Part shown: positions 1-12,167 of the stretch, piece by piece | How the letters are laid out: every line of letters begins with the position of its first letter | Numbering within the stretch: position 1 is the stretch's first letter | Source: Eledone cirrhosa | Taxonomy: Eukaryota | NCBI GenBank assembly: GCA_964016885.1 | Contig: OZ024742.1 | Coordinates: 51,150,001 to 51,214,000 of the forward strand | DNA: 64,000 nt | Reading direction: 5' to 3' | Position numbers and translations under genes: made by a program | Notes under the pieces: generated by a model | The model's input: the letters and a program-made list of their open reading frames with translations, nothing else | Told to the model about the DNA's origin: nothing | The model's database searches: none

Positions 1-509
1 TTTATACATAGACAAAATATACATTATGTTATGTTATTTTAAAAACAAACATGAGGGAAGGATATTATATATATATTACTCTGATCAATTTTGTGGGATA
101 CATACTATAACAAAGCTACATGCATTTTATTTGGGGTATATATTAATTCTATATGTTCACGTATATTATGTGTTTCTTATGTTATAAATAGTCCATGTAC
201 ATCGGACAAAACATGTGAAGAATGAATATGTAGATATGAAACTTATGTTGAAATATTCTCAGTGTCACTTACGATAAATTAGTATTTGTTGTAAACTATT
301 TTCTTTCAAAATCCTGGCACATCGAGTCTTGTAATTGCAAAAATAGTAGTTTGAAAAACTGGGTAATAAACCCAATAAAGAAGAAAACACTTTCAGTAGC
401 TTATCCCCATGGTAATTATGTTAAAATATTATTTGACCTCTTAAAATAATTATATTAATTATCAATGACCCTTATCTAATACTCAATGACAATCTGGACG
501 TTGTTTGAT

Positions 510-665
510 CTAGAATGCTACGTTTCAAAACTGGATATTGGAATTTAAGCTGAGAATGAATGAGAATAAACTAGATATTGAAAATGGACCTGAGAATGTA
601 ATGTGTCTAAACTAGATATTGGAATTTGAGCTAAGAATGTTTTGTCTACAGTAAATATTGCAAAT
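510..665. repeat. Degenerate ~40-bp tandem repeat, about 4 units
   Basis: Recurring AAACT(A/G)GATATTG(G/A)AA...T(G/A)AGAATG at ~40-nt spacing. Confidence 0.7.
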
Positions 666-3011
666 ATGTGTTTCTTCTTTCCTGATATATTCACAACTTT
701 AACGGAAAATGTAATTTAGTACCATTAATTAGATTTTAGCATGTGTTCGTGTAGATTATTATTGTACATTAGTTGCACTGTTATCATCGAATAAGTTGAA
801 ACATAATCAGACCATTCAGTTGACAATTGTGATTACTTTCAAGTTACTTTACAATTAAGTCTAACTTTTTAAGATGTGTTATATGTGAATTATAATAAGG
901 CTTGGTGTCCTTGTTTCTAAATTCTACATGAAATGTTCTCAACTATAGTTCTTCAATAGCAATTATTTTCTTAATAATTACACTAGATTAATTGAAATTG
1001 GCAACACTTTGACAAAAGAAACATGAATTTACAATGTTTTGTCATGGAAGACGATTGTTAATTTCAAGTAGAAATAGTTATGTTAGTAAACTCTTACTAG
1101 TAATGAATTTATGATACCAATCGAAATATTTCTCTTTGTTAACATATCAAATATTCCTGACGAAAAGAATCATTATATGACCCTAGCAAATTATTATTTG
1201 AAAAGGTTGATTATACATTTATTGCAGACATAATATATTTAATTTTCAAATATTAGACTTATATATCTGCGACGTGTAATCTGAAAGATGGGAACATATG
1301 TCAAATGTACGAAAAACTGACATAGATCGCATAATTCCGGGGGTATATAATATGAAAATTTAGGAATTATTTATTCTTCCTATCCTGCTCATAATTATGA
1401 ATTATGTGTAATTGAACTACATATAACGTGGAATATTTCTAATTGTAACAAAATTCATTAACATCAATATTATGTGATATAATAGTGTTTGATATATAAA
1501 TAACATCTTCAATATGTAATATTATGAAGAAAAGTTTAATTAGTTGGGGAAATAGAAAGTTTAGGAAAGTTAAATCATGAAGAATTGCTTTCTCATATAC
1601 ACGGAGAAAAATATTTGTAATAGATGTGAATTGTTTTATATGACAACCAATGTACTGATGCCCAGATGAATCTGTTCATCGGACATGAATCAGCTTGTGA
1701 TTTATATTCCACATTTCGTAGCATTGTCACTATTATGTATATTGAAAGAGGTATATAATATTTCACTACGTTTTATACTATATCTCTATTCTACTGTTAC
1801 TGCGACGAATTACGTCACAGAATTGATTAATAGTAAAGGGTTTGTATAAGTTTTCCTTTCCTTTTCTAGATGGGAATTTTTAATTCCTTAATATTTTCAA
1901 ATATCTGATTTCGTTTACTGAAGAATCAAATTCACCAAAATGCTGGGTTTTTTTTCTCAATTAAATAATGAACTAGCTAACTATATGTTAAGGAGTGTAT
2001 ATGGCATTTAGAATAAACAAAATTTAGTTAATACACTACATAACAATTATCTAAGCTTCTATAATATGTCTGTTTATCATTCATTCAGAATGTTGAACAA
2101 AAATTGTGATTAGTGAAAGGAAATACGAATCATTGCATATCTTTAAACGTCTATCCACTATTACAGTAAAGACTTTGTCAAAAAACATCTACAACAATAA
2201 CAGCACTTTGTTGAGGATTTCTGTACGACTTTACAAGAACTGTGTAAGAATCAAACTAATTAATTTTCAAAACAAATTGACAACATCTACTTATAGTATT
2301 ACGAAAGTCCAATTTACCAAATATGTTTCAACCAAATTAAAAATTATTTTAAGAAGATTACGTCGACTAAATAGAGGGATAAGCAGCGAGGGAAATGTAC
2401 TCAATGCTTAAGAAAATATAATTTATTGCAGAAGAACGTTAGAAAGGGTGTGAAATGTTACCCAAAATAAAACAGGCAGGTAAAGTAAGTGAAAATAACA
2501 TTATTTGTGTTAGATCTGAGAGTAATTAAGATTATATGCATAGCTAAACGAAGATGAAGAAATCCACAGTGACGTATCAGCTATGATATGTAAAATATAA
2601 ATATGCATATATCCACAAAATAATTAATTGATAAAAACAGACAGGTAGATATATTTTGACCCACAACATTCATGAATTATATAAGTAGAAAATAGAAATC
2701 TGAAAGATAAAAAGTTGGGATTCAAGTAACATCATACCATTCATCACAAACCTCATCTATCAAATGGATGTTAGACATTCATCAATGTTTTCGTTTATTA
2801 CGCTGTTTGCATATTGAAGGTATATTTTAATATCCCCTTCTTCTTTATACATATGCAGCATGCATGTAACCTATTTCCTCGGTATGAGATGCATTTCTAT
2901 ATGTAATCAAATCAAAAGAGTTCGAAATAAATAGAAAGCAAAATATACTCGATCTTAGCAAGATAACAATATTGACTCACATTGGTATAAATATATTGAT
3001 AATCGAATTAA

Positions 3012-3072
<61 letters not shown>

Positions 3073-3091
3073 TGTGTGTGGGGGGGGGTGC

Positions 3092-3127
<36 letters not shown>
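3012..3127. repeat. Compound (CA)/(TA)/(GT) microsatellite
   Basis: Directly visible. Confidence 0.95.
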
Positions 3128-3129
<2 letters not shown>

Positions 3130-3304
3130 TAGAAGAACTAAAAGTTTCAAAAAGTGGCTACAATGTGGTAGAAATATATAAAGTTCAAATAATGTGACAA
3201 ATAATAAAACGTTTTACCCAGTATGTCTAAATCATTGTACCGGCTTTATGAAACTTATCGATCTATTTTTACATCTAAAAATGCTTCGTATTATATATTT
3301 TCAG

Positions 3305-3840
3305 CTACCTGGTGGCCATGGCGAAAGAGATCATGTGGTGGACAAGGTTGAAAGGGTTAAAGACAGACATTTTCCTCTTCGGCGAATGCCTGATTAACTT
3401 TTTCAAGTTTCACTTGAAGAGGAAATCAGGTTGGAGAGGCAAGTGCTGTTTTGTAGCAAGTTTGTTGAAAGGTGGGTGAATGTAGCGAGAAGGGTCCGAG
3501 TGAACGAGACCGCTCTGAATATACGCTTGTAGTTTGAGGAATGGAAATATTGAGATAGGGCGCTTGCCCTGGTGGCCAGGGTGTCTGTGGTGTTATGTGT
3601 GGTTTTCGCCACGAGTAACCCTCGGAGGTTTCCCCTCTATTGTGGAATCTTTCATTGTTTGAATGTTCGTTTTTATTGTTTATATATATATATGTTTCTA
3701 TATCTTTTTTTTTTTCGTTTCTTATATGAATAATAAAGATTTTACACGCACAAAACCTACATCGTACCGTCCTGTACCGTCCTGTGCCGACTGTAATGTT
3801 TTTCTTGATGTCAGCCCTTGTGGCCAATAAAGACATAACA
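3305..3840 (+). mobile_element. 5'-truncated Tx1/L1-type LINE (B0): end of ORF2 plus 3'UTR
   Basis: Translates LVAMAKEIMWWTRLKGLKTDIFLFGECLINFFKFHLKRK, matching the ORF2 C-terminus of the minus-strand elements (closest to B3). Ends CCCTTGTGGCCAATAAAG followed by (TAA)n. Confidence 0.9.
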
Positions 3841-3845
3841 ATAAA

Positions 3846-3897
<52 letters not shown>
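3846..3897. repeat. (TAA)n tract between B0 and A1
   Basis: Directly visible. Confidence 0.95.
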
Positions 3898-6800
3898 GGG
3901 AAGAAGACGCACGAGGTGACGGAGGTCATGAAATCGTTCCCGTAAGTTTTGAATTTTTAACATATTTAAATCATTTGTGAAATAACAACTCTTAGTACAA
4001 ATGCTACGTAAAGCACCCGGCTTGAACCCCAAAAAATTCGGACCCAAAATATATTGTTATAAGGCACAAATATTCAAATATTCAACTTTGTATTGTACAC
4101 TGTATATCAAAAAAAAAAAAAATGGCTATAAATGGAAGAAGAAGAACCCCCCCCCCCCCTCCTCTCCTCTGGCTACACTATATAGGACAGCTAAACTCAC
4201 CAACACCAGAAACTAGATACACCACCCACCCCATCATCTGTGTACACTAAACACAACAGCATTTTCACCTTCACCGCCACCGCTCACTACGGCCATCATT
4301 ACCACCACTATCCCATCACCGCCGCCACCACCCCTTGACTCCTTCACTGCTGCTGCCACCGCTACAGCACCATCACTACAGTAATACGGTCGCATCACCG
4401 CCACCACTGCCTCGGTATCGACATCACCACCACCACTGTCTCAGTATCGCCAACGCCGCCAGTCTCCCACTTCTCCCTGTTGGCTGCCACTTCCACATTA
4501 TAGAATTCCTACTACTAACAAAGAGGAAGGCATCAAAATATATAGATAGACCCAAAAGAAAAAAGAAAAAACAAACAACAAAACCAAAGCAGCACAGCAA
4601 CAACAGCAAAAAACGAGAAAAACAAACAGAGAAAAACAAAAACAAAAAAAGAAACCCCAAAAACGTAAAGAAAATAAGAATGAAGAGAGAAGCAGGCGGA
4701 CGGACAGAGAAGAGGGGGGGAAAAGTAAAACTTAAAAAACAAAAACTAAGTCAGACATTCGAATACTACATTACAATGAAACTTATGCTTATTCATTTTT
4801 GGGGCCCTTTCTGCCCGTGTGTTTGTTTGTTTATGTGTGTTCGTATACAGCGTGGTGATAATGCCACACAAGGGCCAAGTGGGATGGCGGATCCACAGAT
4901 GGCTATGTAAACATACATTCGCCAATCCTCGATAAGAGTGTTTAAATATCGAACATAAACAGTTCGAATAACGGTGAAATGGAGACTAGAACGTCATGTG
5001 ACAGACTCTCACCCAACAGGTGCCCCCTGGCTCAGCAGCAGGAACCTGACTGTCAACCAAATACTGCTGATGTTGGAGGAAGAAGAAGAAGGAAAGGGGC
5101 CAGAACCAACTGGACGAAAGAATTGAATAGAACTGTTATGCAATGCTACCTGAAAAGTAACCCCAAGGAGAGGGGCTACAGGAGACGGATGCATAACATC
5201 TGGAACGAGATTGGTTTATTTAAATTAGATGAACAAAAATTGGCCGGGTAGGCTCGGGTAATAAGAACTAATGGGTGGATAAGCGAGCTGGAACTGGAGG
5301 AACTGAGCAGAGAGAATGGCTTGGAGATGGCGGGTGTAGTATGCCAGACAAGCGAGCCGGCGGGAAATGAAGGTGAGGAGGTCCTGAGAACGGAGGAACC
5401 ACCCGAAGCAGACAATGATCTGAATACTGAGATAAATAATACCTGGGACAGAGATACGGCCACTGAGGAGATGAATGCTGACGGGCTAGGACAAGATTCG
5501 GTTGACATCCTAAATTTAGTGGTAGATGAGTTGAACAATGATAGTGAGAGACCTATGAACCTAAGATTTGTAGACAGGAAAAAGTTAAAAGAAACAACAG
5601 CTAAGGTAAACAAAGTCATCCCATACCTTGAGGCGAGGAGTCTTCACCAGTGCAACAATATCCTCAAAGCAACAGCAAATAGGGTGAGGAAACTATTTGG
5701 TATAAAAGCGAGAGGAAACAACAGAGAAGAAAGAGCAGAGCCGTGGTGGAAGAAGCGACTGAGTGGGCAAATCGGGGAAATGAGAAATGACATAGGAAAG
5801 CTTGAGTCACTACTGAATGGGACACTAAAAAACATAGGCACTAAAAATAGACTGGAAATAAAATACAAAACTAGGAGTAAAAAGCTAAATATTATCATAG
5901 AGGAATTGAAGCAACGCATTGTAGCAAAGAGTGCCAAAATCAGGCGATACGAGAACAGAGTCAGTCAGTATAAACAGAACCGCATGTTCGACAACAACCA
6001 GAAGATGCTGTTTGGACAGCTTGAGGGGAAAGAAAGAGGCAACGACTTGATCCCTGGGGCGGAACAAGCTAAAACATTCTGGAGAGGAATATGGGAGCAG
6101 GATGTTAGACACAATGCCCAGGCAGGGTGGATTGAGACAGTACAGAGGGAGATCGGTGAGCAGGCACAACAACAGACTGATTTGAGTATCACAGTTGAAA
6201 CTCTTAAGGGGCAAGCCAAAAAACTAACCAACTGGAAATCACCAGGCCCAGATGGTGTGCAGGGGTATTGGATTAAACATTTAACATCCCTCCACCCGAA
6301 GCTGACGGCCATGTTCAATGACTGCTTGGTGTCGGGTGAGGTGCCAGAGTGGTTGACAAAAGGTACCACAGTTCTGATAATGAAAGACCGAATCAAGGGT
6401 AATGATGTTACCAACTATAGACCTATCACATGTCTGCCCGTAATGTGGAAACTGTTGACGAGCATTGTGTCTGAGGAAATCTACCATCACCTCCACACAA
6501 ACAACTTGTTACCGGACGAACAGAAAGGATGCCGAAAGAAGTCACGTGGTACAAAGGACCAGTTGCTTATTGATAAGATGGTAATGGGGAATTGCAGGAG
6601 GAGACACACTGATCTTGCCATGGGATGGATAGACTACAGAAAGGCATTTGACATGGTGCCTCATTCCTGGATCACCAAAAGCCTGGAGATCTTCAGGGTG
6701 GCAGATAACATCAGACAGTTTCTGGGCAGGAGTATGGTGTCCTGGGAGACAGAGTTGACATCAACTGGAGTATCCTTGGGAAGCGTGAAGATCAAGAGAG

Positions 6801-8446
6801 GTATCTTCCAGGGAGATAGCCTGTCCCCTCTGTTGTTTGTCCTTGCCCTGATGCCCTAGACCATTATGCTGCGAAAAGTGAGAGCAGGATACAAGTTGGG
6901 AAGAGGAGAGCTTACCATCAATCACCTCCTCTTCATGGACGATCTTAAGCTCTTCGGGAAAAGTGAGAAGGAGTTGGATGTGCTTGTTGACACTGTCCGT
7001 ATTTTCAGCAGTGATATATGTATGCAGTTTGGTATTGGTAAATGTGGAGTCATTGTGATGAAGAGGGGTAGGTTGAGCAGAAGTAACGGGATCCAGATAC
7101 CAACAGGTGAGATGATAAATGAAATTGACTCTGAGGAAGGATACAAGTATTTGGGCGTTCTGGAGGCTGATGGCATAAAGAACAAAAAAATGAAGGAATT
7201 GTTAAGAACTGAATACATTCGGAGAGTAAGGAGCGTATTGAAGTCACATCTGAACAGCAGAAATGCCATAAGCGCAGTAAATTCCCGAGCTGTGTCTATT
7301 ATTAGGTACAGTGCGGGAATTCTGAGATGGAATGTTGCTGAACAAAAAGAAACGGATAGGAAGACTAGGAAGCTATTGACTATCTACAACATGTTCCACA
7401 AGAGGAGTGATGTCGATAGACTCTACCTAAGGAGATCTGAGGGTGGAAGAGGTCTTATCAGCATAGAGGACTGTGTTCAGATGGAGAAAAACAACCTATA
7501 CAAATACGTGACCTATAGTAAGGAGCCAATGCTCAGAGCTGTACTGAAGGAGGGGACAGTAGGCCAGGGGATATCCAAGGAGGAAATAACATCAAGGAGG
7601 AAGAGCAGCCTTAAGGGAAAATCCCTTCATAGTACCTTCTTTGAGAAAACTGAATTTAGAGATCCACAGACATGGAACTGGTTGAGAAGAGGAGACCTCA
7701 AAAAGGCTACAGAAGGAATGCTAATGGCTGCGCAGGAGCAGGCCCTCAAAACGAAGTGGTTGAAGCACCATATCTACAAGGAGGAGGCTAGCCCACTGTG
7801 CAGGATCTGTGGAGAGAGAGAGGAGACTGTGGCTCACATTGTGTCCGAGTGTAAACACCTAGCCCAGACCCACTATAAGGGCTGGAGACACGATGTGATG
7901 GGCAGGGTGATCCACTGGCACCTGTGCAAAGTAAACAATCTACCACATTCTGAGAAATGGTATGAGCATAGGCCAGAGGCGGTGATGGAGAACAGTCAGG
8001 TGAAGGTGCTGTGGGATTTTAGGATACAGACGGACAAAAAACTGGAACACAATAGACCTGACCTGGTGGTTGTGAACAAAGAAAAAAGATCGTGCCTGAT
8101 TGTGGATGTGGCCTGCCCGTTCGACACGAGAGTGCAAGAGAAGGAGAGGGAGAAAATTAACCGATACCAGGACCTAAAGTGGGAGGTGAAAAGGATTTGG
8201 AACTGCCATGAAGTCAAAGTGATCCCGATTGTCATAGGAGCACTGGGGACTATCTCCAAAGGTTTCCAGGGATGGTTAAAGAAAATCGGCCCCTTCACGC
8301 TTTTTGGAACGCTTCAAAAGGCATGCTTGCTTGGAACAGCAAGAACCCTCCGATACGTCCTGAATATCTGAGGCTGCAGGTAGTGGCTTGATATTCAATC
8401 CAACGGACTTTCCAGTTAACCAACATCAATGACTGAGATTCAAGGA
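3898..8446 (+). mobile_element. Full-length R4/Dong-type RLE non-LTR retrotransposon (A1)
   Basis: Same 5' start (GGGAAGAAGACGCACGAGG) and 3' end (GACTGAGATTCAAGGA) as the copy at 16066-20705. Flanked by (TAA)n. Carries a single RT+RLE ORF. Confidence 0.92.
4979..8371 (+). pseudogene. A1 ORF (1130 codons): N-terminal Myb-like region, RT, CCHC finger, PD-(D/E)xK endonuclease; two in-frame TAG stops
   Basis: Three ORF-track pieces share one frame. Motifs: [50 protein letters not shown]. The TAG at 5249 is CAG in A2; the TAG at 6857 is TTG in A2 and A3. Confidence 0.93.
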
Positions 8447-8457
8447 ATAACAACAAT

Positions 8458-8496
<39 letters not shown>
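8447..8496. repeat. (TAA)n tract at the tail-to-tail A1/B1 junction
   Basis: Directly visible. Confidence 0.95.
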
Positions 8497-8497
<1 letters not shown>

Positions 8498-8739
8498 TTT
8501 TCTTTATTAACCATAAGGGTTTACATAAAGTAGACATTAAGGACAGTACAGGACAATACAGGACGGTACAAATGGGAATTTCTGCGTGTAAAAAAAACAG
8601 AGGATGAAATAAAATAACAAAGAAAAATTCCCCAATACGGGGAAGACTTCCGAGGGACATTTGTGGAGAAAGCCCATTAAAAGACCACTGTGGCCCTGAC
8701 CACCAGGCAAGTGCCCTCTCCCAGTTTTCCACCTTTAAT

Positions 8740-11700
8740 TTACGGACACATACTCAGAGAAGGCCCATTCATTCGGGCCATACTTGCTTCTCTCACCCAT
8801 CTTTCAACAAAATGCTGGGAAGAGAGCACTTCCCTCTCTACCCTGATTTTCCTTTTCAGATGAAATTTGAAAAAGTTAATCAGGGCATCACCGAAGGGGT
8901 AAGTGCTCGTCTTCAGCCCTTTCAAACGTGTCCACCATACTATCTCTTTCGCCATGGCCACCAGACAGATAAAAACTGCCTGCCCTTCCCGGCTAAAGGA
9001 AGATGGCGGGGCAATCCTCACGATGGACTCAGCTGATAGCTGGATCCGTCCTACACGTGACAGAAGGTGTTCGACATAAACCCACAAGTCAGCAATGCTC
9101 AGACACTGGACGAGTGCGTGCAGGACGGTTTCGTCGCCCTGTGCGCATCTCGGACATGCCCGGCTGACGGCACCTCCATGCCTGTAAAGTTTATCCCGAA
9201 CTGGCAAAGCACCCCGGTAGCACTGCCAGGCCAGGGATTTCTGGAAGTTGTCCATAGGCCCCGGCCCGAAAGTCCTTCCGAAGAGATTGGCTAGTTGATT
9301 TTCGTCGACGTCTAGAGTTTCTCCAAGTACGTCGTCGCTCTTCCCCTCCACTAATCCCCTATAGGACGCCAAGGTGGAGTTTCCACCGATCACATTGCCC
9401 GATTGGTCGAGGGCTGTGAGCGCCTGAAGACATTCCAGTCTCCAAGAGCTCCCTCTCGGTCTTCGCTTGACCCAGGACTGCAGCTCCATCAAGGAGACGA
9501 GCTGGGGAAAAACGTGTCTAGCAAACGGCGACCACACCTGATCACCGTCGAGGAAGAGGTGGAATGTCGTAGCCTGAGCGCGTGTCTGCGCATCATCGGC
9601 CACGGCATGCCCAGCCCTCCAAGTAGCGGGTGTTGACAGCAGATGGACCGCCTGACCATCGGAGCGCGTCCCTTCCACAAGAAGCGAAAGAGCAAACGCT
9701 CCAGCACAGTCAGGCGGGGCTTAGGACAAGGTACGATGGTCAGGCGGTAGTAGATGACGGACGCGATGTACGCGTTAGCCACCTCCGCTCGACCTTTCAG
9801 GGATAGCTTCCTCTCCGCCCATTTCTGGGTGAGAGAAGCCACCCTGCTCGTCACCTCGTCCCAGTTTTTGTCCGTCTGGAGGTCTGGACCGAACCAGACC
9901 CTTAGCAAGTTTATCGGTCCGTCCGTCCAGCGCACGACGACGCTGTTGGACGGCATGGACCTGCCTCTCCAGGAGCCGAGATGCAGGCCCACTGACTTTT
10001 CCTGGTTGATCATTGCTCCTGTCACCGCTTCGTATTCTCTTAGTGTAGTGCCGATCGCCTCGATGTGTTTGGCGTTCGACACCACTACGGTGACATCGTC
10101 GGCATATGCTGACACGGATCTTCCGCATCCTAGTTCGCGCGGGATCCCCCTCATTGTCTCCAGTTTGTGCAGTAATGGCTCGAGAGTCAATACGTACAAT
10201 AGGGACGAGAGGGGACATCCTTGGCGGACCGAGCGCATGATGTTGAACGGTTCCGAAAGGTGACCGTTCACTCTCACTACAGAGCAGATGTTGCTGTGCA
10301 TGGCAGCGATCCAGCCTCTGAAGACGGGCCCAAAGCGAGCCGCCCTCAGGACTGCCGCTAGGTAACGATGGTCGACCCTATCGAAGGCTTTCGACTGAGC
10401 TAAATTGATCAAAGACCAACCCGTGCCAGGTTCCCTAGCTACCCTCTCTACGATGTATCGCATGAGGTGGAGGTTGTCGTGGATGGATCTGTCGGGAATG
10501 GCACATGCCTGTGCCTCTCCCACCAGACCACCAACGACAAGCGCCAACCTCTTTGCTAGCACCTTGGACAAAATCTTGAACTCTGTGTTTAGCAGAGTTA
10601 TGGGCCTAAAATTATCTATGTTATCCCCCTTGTTCGGATCCTTTCTCAGCAGCGCCACCGCTCCTCGGCTCACAGAGCTGGGAATTCTCCCGTTCTGTTG
10701 CCAGTTGCAGTAGACGTCCGCCAAGAGGCCTCCGAACAAGTTTGGCATTTGTACGTAAAGTTCATAGGGCAGACCATGCAAACCAGGCGATTTACCCCTT
10801 GTGCAACTTGTCATTGCATCCCGTATATCAGCGGTTGTTATCGGCTTTTCGCAACACTCCGCCTCAGTGGCCGAAAGCGGCGGCAGTCCGTCAAGGTAGA
10901 CACTAAAGTCCATCCCTCGATCCGGCCCGCCACTGCCCCCGAACAGTTGAGCGAAGTGTCGCTGAAAAGCTTCACACATTTGCCCGGGATCGAGTAGCAT
11001 GCGCCCGTCGTGGTCCACCAAAGACGCGCCTTCGCCACTCGGGCCCATTGAACGGCTTTCGTCCCCTCGTGTCCGGGAGCACGCACCCTAGCTCTGACAA
11101 TGCAGCCTTCGTGCTTTGTATTGAAGAATTGGTCAAGGGCCAATTTCGCCGCAAGTACGTCGGTCGCGATGCCTTTGCTAAGCGCCTCATCTAATTTTCT
11201 AACTAATTCTCCCTCTGCTCTATTTTTCTCTATTGCTAAAGTCTTACTAAACCTAATGGACTCTATTCTAATTGCTCTTTTCAGAGCAAACCACCACTTG
11301 TTGTTGACGATGGCCCCCGTCAACGCCCTCTTAACTAGTTCGATAATCCGGTCTCTGTAGGCCTTGCGCGCTGGTAAGGACGCGTTTAGATTCCAGTAGC
11401 CGGGTCCTCGTCTATGAAGCCTATCTAAGTCAAGCACACAGATCACGAATGTGTGGTCCGTGTAGCTGACTATCTTGAATTGTGGACAGCCTATGCTAGA
11501 CCTATCTATTTCTCTACAAAATACTCTATCTAGATATGATCTGGATGACCCTACGCGATTTGTCCAAGTCCACATTGGCACATTCGAGAAATCCATTCGG
11601 TACCTGTCAGACAGTTCAAAACGTCTGAGCAAGTTGGTGAGACTCTTGCACCCTCCTTCCCTATCCACTAATCCCACACAATCCCAGCGTGCATCTAAGA

Positions 11701-12133
11701 TCCCGTTCCAGTCGCCCACTAACACTAAAGAGCGGGACGTTCCAAGAAAGGTCTCCAGACGCCTGAAGAAATCAGGCCGCCCTGCTCCTATCGTGGCATA
11801 GACGGCCACTAACCTGAAAGCTTGCCCGTCTCCGCTGGTCACGTCCAGCACCACCAACTTACCTTCTGGGTCCAGGAAGATGGCCCGTATGGCAAGATCC
11901 AAACCTCTCCGAAAAAGCACAGCAACTCCTCCCCCCGATCCCGGACGGCTGGGAGATGCGTACACCTCGTAGCCGCCGATGATCGGTGCGAAAGCCTGTG
12001 CCTCGGAGATTCTGGTCTCGCTGATGGACACTACATCTATGCTTAGTGACCTGAGGTCGTTGAGCAGGTGGCCCTGCTTCCATGACGACCCCAAGCCACG
12101 CGCATTTATGCTGCCTATTCTGAGTGAGGTCAT
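8740..12133 (-). pseudogene. B1 ORF2: APE endonuclease, RT, C-terminal zinc finger; frameshifted
   Basis: Motifs GSINARGL, GDWN, SYLDR, TDH, RQGCPLS, YADD, CPRC..H..C. Relative to B2 it has a 25-nt deletion near 11025 and a 1-nt deletion near 9563. Confidence 0.92.
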
Positions 12134-12167
12134 GTTGAAAAGGAGTGGAAAAGATGGGAAAGACCAC

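Noticed and set aside
510-665. CRISPR-like repeat-spacer array
   Set aside because: The units are degenerate tandem copies without unique spacers, there are no cas genes, and the context is eukaryotic.
4335-4910. 191-aa ORF as a functional second gene of family A
   Set aside because: Low complexity, non-ATG start, and the frame is broken in A2. Treated as a relic.
5249-6859. Programmed TAG read-through or recoding in the A1 ORF
   Set aside because: Paralogues have sense codons (CAG, TTG) at both sites, so these are ordinary nonsense mutations.
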